Source of the DNA: a virus
Taxonomy: Duplodnaviria; Caudoviricetes
Virus record (IMG/VR): IMGVR_UViG_3300048850_000151
Coordinates: 1 to 40,895 of that record
Strand: one strand, 5' to 3'
Length of the DNA: 40,895 nucleotides
Shown: piece after piece, positions 8,462-16,309 of the stretch
Numbering within the stretch: the first letter of the stretch is position 1
How the letters are laid out: each line of letters begins with the position of its first letter
Translations under genes and position numbers: made by a program
Notes under the pieces: model-generated
Told to the model about the DNA's origin: nothing
Seen by the model: the letters and a program-made list of their open reading frames with translations, nothing else
Databases searched by the model: none

Positions 8462-10261
8462 CTAGGCGACGGCGCGCTTTTGCCTCGGGTCGGCTGCAAC
8501 CACCCGGTTGCGACCGGCAGCCTTAGCTCGCAGAAGCGCTGCATCCGCCGTCTGCACAATCTTGTCGGCTCCGCACACCTCTGGAGTGCTGGAAACGCCG
8601 AACGATGCGGTGATTGCCCCCAGGTCCTTGCCCTCATGCTCGATCCGCAGCGCAGCGATGCGCCCCCGTACCTCTTCGGCCCGCTCGCGGGCTTGGTCGA
8701 GAGTCAGGCCGGGCAGGAGGAGCAGGAACTCCTCACCCCCGAACCGGAAGGCCAGCGCGCCCTCCCGGCTCGATCCCTTGAGGGCAACGCCCACCTCGCG
8801 CAGCACAGCATCTCCAGCATCGTGACCGAACGTGTCGTTGATCCGCTTGAAATGATCGACGTCCATCATGACGCAGCTCAGCGGACGCTCTCCAGCCGCC
8901 AGTTCCAGGCCGAGCACCGCGTCCAGATGACGCCGATTGGCAAGCCCGGTGAGCGGGTCAGCCATGGCCATCTCTCGCAATGCATCTCTGAGGCGCAGGT
9001 TGGCGACCGCCAAGCCGATGTTCTCGGCCAGCATCGTCAGATACACGTCTGATCGCGTCGGCGCCTGCTGCGCATCGCCGCGACTTTCGAGGTAAAGCAG
9101 GCCCAGGATCTCGCGCTGCGCCGTGAGCGGCAGACAGATGAAGTCTGCCTCGTCACCGCCTCCGGCCTGCAGGTGATCACAAGCAACGTCGACACTTTGA
9201 CCACCAGCTCGGTGCGGCAAGCCGCGCCGCAACGCCCAGCAGGAGAGCGGCGAAAACTCCGATCGCGAATGCACCGGGTCAAGCCAGGAGCAGACCTCCA
9301 CCATCGCCTGGCGCGGCTTGTCGAGGAGGTAGAGCTTGCCCGCGTAACCCAGAGCGATCTGCGGGGTGAAGCGCTCGATCACGCCTTTGAGATCGTGGAG
9401 CGTGTCGCTTGCCTGCATCCGCTGCGTCATGCGGGACAGCAGGTCCCGCATGCTCCGATCGGCATCCCGTTCTTCTTCCAGTCTCAGCCGTTCCAGGCCG
9501 TTCTCGCGGAAGATCCCGATCGCCTGCGCCATGTCCCCGATCTCGTCGATCTGCTCAAGGTTCGGAGGCACGGCCGCATAGTCCTGTGCGGCCAGTCGCT
9601 TCACCACATCGCTCAGCTTCACGACGGGATGGAGCACCCGCCGCCTGAAGATGAAAAAGAGGACGCACAGGAACAGGAGTGCCGTGATTGCGAGAACGAC
9701 CTCCGAAACGGTCCGCCAAAGCCTGGCCACCCTCGTGGCCGCGGCCACTTCCGTTTCGGTCCGCTGGTCCAACCGATATTGAAAGCGCTCGAACAGGCTG
9801 TTGGCCCGCTCCAGTTCCCGCTCATAATTCGGGCTGAACACGATCTCGACAGCGCTGAGCTTGTCCCCCTTCAGGCGCGCGGCGACGGCGGCTTGCTGCT
9901 CGTCCTGCAGGTCATCGAGCACCCTGAGGGCATCCTTCAGAGCCTGCAGTTCGTCCGGACCCGCGCCGACATCCTGCACTCGGCGTATGCGATGCTCGAT
10001 CGTGCGAAGTTCGCTCCTGCCACGCTCGTACGCGGCAAGATCCGCGGCGCTGCCGGTGACGACGAACTGGCGAGCCCAGCCGCTGAGACTGGCTTCCAGC
10101 ATGGCAACCTCCGAGCTCGCCTGATCCAGCGCATATCGCTGCGCGACAGCCGCTCGCTCCTCGTTCTGCGCCTGGGAGGCGAGCAGCATGGTGCCGCCAG
10201 AAAGCAGGGCAAGTGCTACTGTCGCTCCATAAGCCCAGTTCGTGATGGTCGCGAGTCTCAC
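8462..10261 (-). CDS. Membrane sensor diguanylate cyclase (periplasmic helical domain, HAMP, GAF, GGDEF)
   Basis: Two TM segments, HAMP (DEIGDMAQAIGIF), GAF, DPLTGLANRR, DVDHFKRINDTFGHDAGD, FRFGGEEF. Confidence 0.95.
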   Translation of the reverse strand: MRLATITNWAYGATVALALLSGGTMLLASQAQNEERAAVAQRYALDQASSEVAMLEASLSGWARQFVVTGSAADLAAYERGRSELRTIEHRIRRVQDVGAGPDELQALKDALRVLDDLQDEQQAAVAARLKGDKLSAVEIVFSPNYERELERANSLFERFQYRLDQRTETEVAAATRVARLWRTVSEVVLAITALLFLCVLFFIFRRRVLHPVVKLSDVVKRLAAQDYAAVPPNLEQIDEIGDMAQAIGIFRENGLERLRLEEERDADRSMRDLLSRMTQRMQASDTLHDLKGVIERFTPQIALGYAGKLYLLDKPRQAMVEVCSWLDPVHSRSEFSPLSCWALRRGLPHRAGGQSVDVACDHLQAGGGDEADFICLPLTAQREILGLLYLESRGDAQQAPTRSDVYLTMLAENIGLAVANLRLRDALREMAMADPLTGLANRRHLDAVLGLELAAGERPLSCVMMDVDHFKRINDTFGHDAGDAVLREVGVALKGSSREGALAFRFGGEEFLLLLPGLTLDQARERAEEVRGRIAALRIEHEGKDLGAITASFGVSSTPEVCGADKIVQTADAALLRAKAAGRNRVVAADPRQKRAVA

Positions 10262-10461
10262 CTCGCAAGTGCTAGAGCGCTAGGAGCTTAGTTTCCGTTA
10301 AAGGGCGAGCAGGGATGCTGGCCGCTCCCCGGAGGCGGTATGTGGGGCTGCTCATGAGGTGAGCTGCCCTCAGGATTGCCGGATCCTTTGCTGTCCGCTT
10401 CTGAGAAGCCCCCAAGCGCGGCGAGAACTCCGCATCTGGGCGTTTCCTGCCGTTGCCGTTC

Positions 10462-10554
10462 GGGGGTATCGCAGGGGTATCACTCGGCGGTAGCGGCTCT
10501 TGAACCTCGGTTTTCTGCGGTGTCTGCCAGAGCAGGGCGGACAGCATCTCCGCC
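10462..10554 (+). repeat. att-like site F (arm pair plus core)
   Basis: GGGGGTATC 10462-10470, GGGGTATC 10474-10481, 54-bp gap, core GGCGGA-cagcatc-TCCGCC 10536-10554. Confidence 0.85.
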
Positions 10555-10583
10555 GTGGCGAACCTTCGCGAGATGGCTGGCTT

Positions 10584-10805
10584 CTACGCGCGGTCAGCTT
10601 CGCGTGCCTGTTTGCTTGCCACCCGGTTGGCGCGTTGCTGAGCCAGCTCTGATCGCAGCGCATCCAACGTTGCGTTTGCCTCGGCCGCGGGGAGGTGCCG
10701 ATGGAGCAGCCTCGCTACCAGCTGCTCCTGCAGGAGGATCAGCCGCTCGCTCGCGGCAATCTGCGCGTCGATCATGTCCAAATCTGTGGCGGAGCACTTC
10801 GGCAT
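10584..10805 (-). CDS. Small helical hypothetical protein
   Basis: C-terminal part of the 10584..11174 ORF (DLDMIDAQIAASERLILLQEQLVARL...) is protein-like; start uncertain. Confidence 0.5.
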   Translation of the reverse strand: MPKCSATDLDMIDAQIAASERLILLQEQLVARLLHRHLPAAEANATLDALRSELAQQRANRVASKQAREADRA

Positions 10806-10931
10806 TGCGACCCATCTGGGTACCCGGCGCGGGCGGCCCAATAGCAATATAGCACGCGCGGCTCGCCGGGCGCCTCCCGGGCGCGCGGAGTGCCGTTGAA
10901 ATGTTGGATTTCGTCCTCTGTAAGCCTGTCG

Positions 10932-11189
10932 ATGGGACGGGTTGTCGTGAAAAATCTGTGGGACTTCCGGAGGCATGGCGCGCACGTTCGCGTCAGCTGC
11001 TGCCACTATCGCTGCCGACATGAGACGATTATGCGCGTCGCGCCGCTGATCCAGCTCTTCATGAAGCGACGCTGGAACACGGACCTTACGATCGCCGGAT
11101 CTTGGTTCCGGTGTAAGCGCTGCGGCCGGCGCGGCGCGCACCTCGAAATGGCGTCGCCGCATCTGGCGCCGCACCTCCCGCCGCCGTGA
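10932..11189 (+). CDS. Small zinc-ribbon protein
   Basis: VRVSCCHYRCRH...FRCKRCGRRG provides two Cys pairs. Confidence 0.6.
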   Translation: MGRVVVKNLWDFRRHGAHVRVSCCHYRCRHETIMRVAPLIQLFMKRRWNTDLTIAGSWFRCKRCGRRGAHLEMASPHLAPHLPPP

Positions 11190-11222
11190 GGGGACTAGTG
11201 CAAAAGCTGGCGAAAATTACAG

Positions 11223-11237
11223 ATTCGCCCTATGTTC
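11223..11237. promoter_or_regulatory. Near-consensus LexA box
   Basis: ATTCgccctatGTTC (one mismatch to GTTC-N7-GTTC), 27 bp upstream of the LexA-like gene. Confidence 0.5.
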
Positions 11238-11263
11238 TTCCGAGGGGGAATTGAGGGGAAACC

Positions 11264-11719
11264 ATGGGTGTGCCGATGCAGGCGTCCGTAGCCGCGGCGC
11301 CGGTACTTCGCGTGAGCCGCAAGGACCAAGCGTACCACTTCATCACCGACTTCATGAAACGCGCCGGGCACAGCCCGTCCATTGTGGAGATCGCGCGAGG
11401 ACTTGATGTCAGCCGGACCAGGGCGAAGGCATTGGTCCACCAGCTCGCTGTCGCGCAGATGATCGAGCGCACCCCCGGGGCCCAGCGTGGGATCGTCGTA
11501 CCTGGCCTCAGCCGCGAGCTGGCGCTCGAGGAGTTGCGGCGGGCCGGCTACATCATCGACGAAGAGATCAAGGAGGCGCGGCGCCTTCCCCCGTTCCCAC
11601 AAGGGCATCTGCCGCTGGTGGCCGTGATCGAGCATGTGCCCGACGTAGCCAGCGAGGATCCCGATGCCGAAGCCCCGGACGCAGAGCGCGACGATCGCGC
11701 CGACCTTCACCCCGACTGA
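11264..11719 (+). CDS. LexA-type winged-helix DNA-binding protein lacking the peptidase domain
   Basis: QAYHFITDFMKRAGHSPSIVEIARGLDVS...IERTPGAQRGI matches the LexA N-terminal domain; GAGGGG RBS. Confidence 0.8.
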   Translation: MGVPMQASVAAAPVLRVSRKDQAYHFITDFMKRAGHSPSIVEIARGLDVSRTRAKALVHQLAVAQMIERTPGAQRGIVVPGLSRELALEELRRAGYIIDEEIKEARRLPPFPQGHLPLVAVIEHVPDVASEDPDAEAPDAERDDRADLHPD

Positions 11720-12287
11720 GCGGGAGCAGCAGCGCGTCGCGCACCTGGTGTTGGGTGCGCCGCGCCCTCGGCCGGGCGCGAACCGCCTCCGCAAGGGGAA
11801 GGTGCCCGCCAGCATCCCGCTCGCGCCGGGCATCGAGGAGCGGGTCGCTCTACGCGAACGCTGGTCGCAGAAGGCGCAGGGCACCCCGGAGACGCACGAG
11901 CACGCGGCGGCCGAAGCGAAGCGCGACGGCGCGCTCGCGCGCCTGGTGCAAACCGGCGCGATCGACGGTCACCAGCTCGCGGCCGCGGAGAAGATCCAGG
12001 AGGCCTATCACTCGATCGTCGCCGACGTCGCTGTGCGGACGGCGAAGCTCGAGCCGCGCGGCAGTGGCGGCGGGCCAGATGCGGCATCGGCTGAACGGAT
12101 CTCCGCCGTGATCCGCGAGCGCAACTACACGCAGTGGCGGGAGCGCGTCGGGCCGTACGGCGCGATGCTGCTGGCGATCATCGTCGACGACATGGGCCTG
12201 ACGGCCGCGGCGCGGCGCTGGCGCCTCTCGAACCGCAGGGCTCGCGCGATCCTGGTCGCCGCCCTGGACTGCTGGGGCCGCTGCTAG
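11664..12287 (+). CDS. Putative late-gene activator/antiterminator (DUF6456/Q-like)
   Basis: LARLVQTGAIDGHQLAAAE and C-terminal HTH DDMGLTAAARRWRLS; directly upstream of the late operon. Confidence 0.6.
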   Translation: MPKPRTQSATIAPTFTPTEREQQRVAHLVLGAPRPRPGANRLRKGKVPASIPLAPGIEERVALRERWSQKAQGTPETHEHAAAEAKRDGALARLVQTGAIDGHQLAAAEKIQEAYHSIVADVAVRTAKLEPRGSGGGPDAASAERISAVIRERNYTQWRERVGPYGAMLLAIIVDDMGLTAAARRWRLSNRRARAILVAALDCWGRC

Positions 12288-12429
12288 ACGTGCCCTTGTG
12301 GACAGTGCCCCAAAGGGCACGGCGCAAAGCGGTCACGTAACGGCCAAATCGACCCCGCCACAGCTGCATCCAGCGCCCGCCGCCCGACCCCTCGGGTGCG
12401 CGGGCGCTGCGCCATCGGGGAGAGCTCAT

Positions 12430-12630
12430 GTGACCGTGAACGTTGCCGACCCGTTTCGGGCCGCCGCGCTGAAGCTCAGCGCCTACCGCCGCAAAACGAT
12501 CGTGGAGCTGACGCGGGATCAGCCGCTCCTTCGCCAAGCCGCCCTGCAGCTGCGCAAGGTGGTCCGCGGATCCAAGCTGCCCCGCCGATTGCGCCGGAAG
12601 GCGCAGCTCGGCCTTTGCGGCAGCTTCTGA
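12430..12630 (+). CDS. Small basic hypothetical protein
   Basis: GGGGAG RBS, GTG start; first gene of a tightly packed late operon. Confidence 0.5.
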   Translation: MTVNVADPFRAAALKLSAYRRKTIVELTRDQPLLRQAALQLRKVVRGSKLPRRLRRKAQLGLCGSF

Positions 12631-12632
12631 TC

Positions 12633-12872
12633 GTGGCCACCGCCCAGTCGCGCCCGAGCCTGGCCGATCAGCTCGAACGCATCACCCCGCGGTTCGACGC
12701 GCTGACCCAGCGGGCGCGGCTGGGCAACCTGACCCATGCCGACTTCAACGAGCTTGAAGAGCAGGCACAGACGATCGCCCGCGACCTGGTCGCGCCGTTC
12801 CGCGGCCGAGGCTCCCGACCGGTCGCCGCGCCGCTGCACGTCAGCGCCGACGGCACGAAGGCGAGCTGGTAA
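12633..12872 (+). CDS. Hypothetical protein
   Basis: GTG 2 bp after the previous stop; stop overlaps the next ATG (TAATG). Confidence 0.55.
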   Translation: MATAQSRPSLADQLERITPRFDALTQRARLGNLTHADFNELEEQAQTIARDLVAPFRGRGSRPVAAPLHVSADGTKASW

Positions 12873-13042
12873 TGGCGATCCCCCGCGAAGCCATGCAGCG
12901 CGCCGTCGTCGGCCATCCGGACGACGCCCTGATCGGGCTGCCCGTCAGCCTGGTGCGCGAGATCCTCGCCATCCTTCCGGTCGAGCGGATCCGCCACCTC
13001 AACACCAACACGCCGGCGGAAGCCGCAGGAGTAGCGGCATGA
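12872..13042 (+). CDS. Hypothetical protein (56 aa, not in the ORF track)
   Basis: MAIPREAMQRAVVGHPDDALIGLPVSLVREILAILP...; coupled at both ends (TAATG, ATGA). Confidence 0.55.
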   Translation: MAIPREAMQRAVVGHPDDALIGLPVSLVREILAILPVERIRHLNTNTPAEAAGVAA

Positions 13043-13572
13043 CGCAAGCGTCCGCCATCAAAACGCCGCGCACGATCGCTAAGGCGACCGAGCTGCTCGA
13101 CCTGTTCGCCACCAACACCGGTGCACTCGAGAAGATCGAGGCGGACCGCAACGCGGAGATCGCAAAGATCAACGCGGCGGCCGACGCGCTGGCGGCGCCA
13201 CTGGTTGCCGAACGGGACAGGATCCACGCGGTGATCGCGATATGGTGGAAGACAGCCGCAGCCGAGATCACCAAGGGCAAGCGCAAGTCCGCCGAGCTGG
13301 GCGGCTGCATGCTTGGCACCCGCTCCGGCCGCACGACGCTGGCGATCGCCGGCAATCCGGAGGCGGTGCTGGTCGAGCTGCAGGCGGCGCGTTGGGCCAA
13401 GCCTTACGTCCGCACCACGCACGCGATCGACAAGCCCGCGGCGCTGAAGGCGCTCGACGGGCCGCACGCGACCAAGCTGTCCGCGCTCGGCTTCTCCAAG
13501 CAGGAGGGCGAGGCGGTGTTCTTCCTCGAGCGTGTGGCGCAGGCCGGCACCGTCGCCAGCACCCAAGGCTGA
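13039..13572 (+). CDS. gam: Mu Gam-like host-nuclease inhibitor (DNA end protection)
   Basis: AGGAG RBS; helical N-terminus, KGKRKSAELGGCMLGTR, YVRTTHAIDKPA. Confidence 0.8.
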   Translation: MTQASAIKTPRTIAKATELLDLFATNTGALEKIEADRNAEIAKINAAADALAAPLVAERDRIHAVIAIWWKTAAAEITKGKRKSAELGGCMLGTRSGRTTLAIAGNPEAVLVELQAARWAKPYVRTTHAIDKPAALKALDGPHATKLSALGFSKQEGEAVFFLERVAQAGTVASTQG

Positions 13573-13575
13573 CGC

Positions 13576-13881
13576 ATGGCGGTGCAGCCGCCGAAGTTCG
13601 GGGCCCGGCCATCGCGGCCGCGCAAGGCGTGGACGCCGAGCGGCCCGTACAAGCACAAGCGGATCCGCGGCCGCGCCGGCGTGAAGCTGCGCAAGCAGGT
13701 CCGCGAGGAGGAGCCGCTCTGCCGGACCTGTCTCGAGAACGGCCGGACCAGGGCGACCCAGGAGGTCGACCACGTCGTGCCGCTGAGCCGAGGCGGATCC
13801 AACGCCCGGTCGAACCTGCAAGGCCTCTGTGAGCCGTGCCACAAGGCGAAGTCCGAGCGCGAGCGCGCCATCGGGGCCTGA
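13576..13881 (+). CDS. HNH endonuclease (terminase-associated, HK97 gp74-like)
   Basis: EPLCRTC...VDHVVPLSRGGSNARSNLQGLCEPCHKAK; just upstream of terS. Confidence 0.92.
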   Translation: MAVQPPKFGARPSRPRKAWTPSGPYKHKRIRGRAGVKLRKQVREEEPLCRTCLENGRTRATQEVDHVVPLSRGGSNARSNLQGLCEPCHKAKSERERAIGA

Positions 13882-13957
13882 CCCGCGCCGCGGCGCTCCT
13901 GGGGCTTCCTAGGCGCTCCTCGACGCCGCCAGCGCCGGCACCTCAGCAGGCGGCCGG

Positions 13958-14053
13958 CGCCCCCCCCCCGGGGGGGGCGATCTCTGGGATTCGGCCGGGG
14001 CGGACACCGCTTGCCAGGTTCCTTTCTACGCGGGCGAATTCAAAACCCTTTTT
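13958..14053. other. Putative cos packaging site region
   Basis: Lies between HNH and terS; C10-G8 quasi-palindrome (13960-13977) followed by GATCTCTGG..GCGGACACCGC. Confidence 0.55.
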
Positions 14054-14068
14054 GTACGGAGGTTCGGC

Positions 14069-14551
14069 ATGGGGAGCGGTGGGTCGCGCCCCGGTGCTGG
14101 GCGCAAGCGGAAGTCGCCGGCGCTGGCGATGACGGCAGCAGAGCGGGCGAAGCTGCCAGCGACGATCGGCGGCATGGTGCCGCCGCTTCACCTGTCGGAT
14201 CTCGCGCAGCTCCTGTTCAACGGGATCGCCACGCTTCTGCACGCCGAGGGGCGAGCCGAGCCGCGGTTCGCGCAGCACGTCGCCTTGCTGGCGATGCGGC
14301 TCGAGCAGGTCCAGCGCTTCCAAGCGGTCCTGGAGACGGCCGGCGACACCTGCACGAGCCGGTCGGTCCGCAAGGTCGATGGCGAACCGGTGGTGCAGGA
14401 GATGATCCGGGCTCGGCCGGAGGTTGCGATGCTGTCGGACGCGATGCGCCAGGCGCAGTCGCTGCTGGGTGAGCTGATGCTCAACCCGTCGGCCGCTCTC
14501 AAGATCGCGTCGGGCAAGCAGGAAGCCGCCGGCGAGTTCGACGACTTCTAG
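14069..14551 (+). CDS. terS: Terminase small subunit (P27-like)
   Basis: GGSRPGAGRK N-terminus, RPEVAML...LGELMLNPS, EFDDF end; GGAGG RBS. Confidence 0.88.
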   Translation: MGSGGSRPGAGRKRKSPALAMTAAERAKLPATIGGMVPPLHLSDLAQLLFNGIATLLHAEGRAEPRFAQHVALLAMRLEQVQRFQAVLETAGDTCTSRSVRKVDGEPVVQEMIRARPEVAMLSDAMRQAQSLLGELMLNPSAALKIASGKQEAAGEFDDF

Positions 14552-14552
14552 G

Positions 14553-16307
14553 ATGGTGCGCGCTCCGGCGGCGGGAACGCCACCGCGCGACTATCCGGCG
14601 ATCGCGCGCAAGTACGCGGCCGACGTGGTCGCGGGGACGATCCCTGCCGGCAAGTTCATCCGGCTGCAGTGCCAGCGCTTCCTGGACGAGCTGAAGCTCT
14701 CCGAGACCGCACTGTTCCCTTATCGGTTCGACGAGGCGCGCGCCGCCAAGCCATGCCGGTTCATCGAGAAGCTGCCCCACACCAAGGGCGAGTGGGCAAG
14801 GCTGAAGAAGCGGCTGACGCTCGAGCCCTGGCAGATCTGGAACCTTTGCGTCGTCTTCGGATGGCTCCACAAGGAAGGGGCGGAAAAGGACTGCCGGCGG
14901 TTTCGGCGGTGGCTGCTGGTGGTGCCGCGCAAGAACGGCAAATCGGCGCTGGCCTCTGGCGTGGCGCTCTACATGCTGTGCGCCGACGACGAGTTCGGCG
15001 CCGAGATTTATTCCGGCGCGACCAACGAGAAGCAGGCGTGGGAGGTGTTCCGCCCTGCGCGCTTGATGGTGCAGCGGCTCGAGCCACTCCGGAAGCGGTT
15101 CAAGATCGAGCTGCTGGCGAAGACGCTGCACCGGCCCGACGATGGCTCCAAGATGGAGACCATCATCGGCGACCCGGGCGACGGGCAGTCGCCGAGCTGC
15201 TCGATCCACGACGAGTATCACGAGCACGTCGACGACGGCCAGGTCGACACCATGATCACCGGCATGGGCGCGCGATCGCAGCCGATGCAGCTGCTGATCA
15301 CGACCGCCGGCGAGAACCTGGCCGGGCCATGTTACGCGATGGTCCTGGAGGAGCGCGAGAAGCTCGCCGGGATCGGTCACAACGGCGGCCCGCCGCTGGA
15401 GGATACGACCTTCTTCGCCGAGTATGCGGCGGACGAGGGCGACGACTGGAAATCGCCGGAGACGCTGGCGAAGGCCAATCCCAACATCGGGATCTCGGTC
15501 AAGCTCGAGTATCTGCTGGCACAGCAGCGCGACGCCGTGGAGAGGCCGCGCAAGCGCGGTGTCTTCAAGACCAAGCACCTCAACCTCTGGGTTGCGGCCA
15601 AGACGGCCTACTTCGACATCGAGGCCTGGCGCAGGTGTGCCGATCCGGAGATCCCGGTCCGCTTCATCGACGCCGAGCAGCTCGAGCGCTTCGCCGGCCG
15701 GCGCTGCATCCTGAGCCTCGACCTCGCGAGCAAGCTCGACATTGCCGCGCTGGAGTATCTGTTCCCGCCGATCGGCGACAAGCCGACGAAGGAAGACCCG
15801 TTCATCCGCCTGGGCCGGTACTTCCTGCCCGAGCGAACCGTCGAGGACGTCAGCGCCTACCAGGGCTGGCACGCGCAGGGCCTGCTCGACGTCTCGCCCG
15901 GCAACATCACCGACTATGAGGAAATCGAGCTGGCGATCGACGACGCGCGCGAGCGCTTCGACGTCGAGACCATCGCCTACGATCCGGCGCAGGCGACGAT
16001 GCTCGTCACCCGGCTGATGAAGAAGGGCGCCCCGGTTCTCGAGGTCCGTCCGACCGTCGTCACCTTCTCCGATCCCATGAAGCAGCTGGACGCCTTCATG
16101 CGGGCAGAGCTGATCGCCCACGCCGGCTGCCCGGTGATGGAATGGGAAGTCGCCAACGTCGTCGCCCAGCTGGACGCCAAGGACAACGTCTACCCGCGCA
16201 AGCCGCGGGCCGAGGCGAAGATCGACAACCCGGTCGCGCTGATCGCCGCTCTCGCGGTGGCGCTGTCCGGCGAGGCCGAAGAGGGCTTCGAATACACGGG
16301 GATTTGA
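14553..16307 (+). CDS. terL: Terminase large subunit
   Basis: LEPWQ, Walker A VPRKNGKS, Walker B SIHDEYHEH, ITTAG, LSLDLAS, KIDNPVAL. Confidence 0.97.
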   Translation: MVRAPAAGTPPRDYPAIARKYAADVVAGTIPAGKFIRLQCQRFLDELKLSETALFPYRFDEARAAKPCRFIEKLPHTKGEWARLKKRLTLEPWQIWNLCVVFGWLHKEGAEKDCRRFRRWLLVVPRKNGKSALASGVALYMLCADDEFGAEIYSGATNEKQAWEVFRPARLMVQRLEPLRKRFKIELLAKTLHRPDDGSKMETIIGDPGDGQSPSCSIHDEYHEHVDDGQVDTMITGMGARSQPMQLLITTAGENLAGPCYAMVLEEREKLAGIGHNGGPPLEDTTFFAEYAADEGDDWKSPETLAKANPNIGISVKLEYLLAQQRDAVERPRKRGVFKTKHLNLWVAAKTAYFDIEAWRRCADPEIPVRFIDAEQLERFAGRRCILSLDLASKLDIAALEYLFPPIGDKPTKEDPFIRLGRYFLPERTVEDVSAYQGWHAQGLLDVSPGNITDYEEIELAIDDARERFDVETIAYDPAQATMLVTRLMKKGAPVLEVRPTVVTFSDPMKQLDAFMRAELIAHAGCPVMEWEVANVVAQLDAKDNVYPRKPRAEAKIDNPVALIAALAVALSGEAEEGFEYTGI

Positions 16308-16309
16308 GC

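Noticed and set aside
4800-10554. Classical integron (attC), pdif modules or CRISPR as the explanation for the array
   Set aside because: No RYYYAAC/GTTRRRY attC hairpins, XerC/D sites, constant repeats or cas genes seen; both integrases are P4-type with arm-binding domains, not IntI
10788-10804. GGCGGAGCACTTCGGCA, similar to the core of site A
   Set aside because: Spacer is only 5 nt, there are no arms, and it overlaps a probable ORF start; at best a decayed site, not counted
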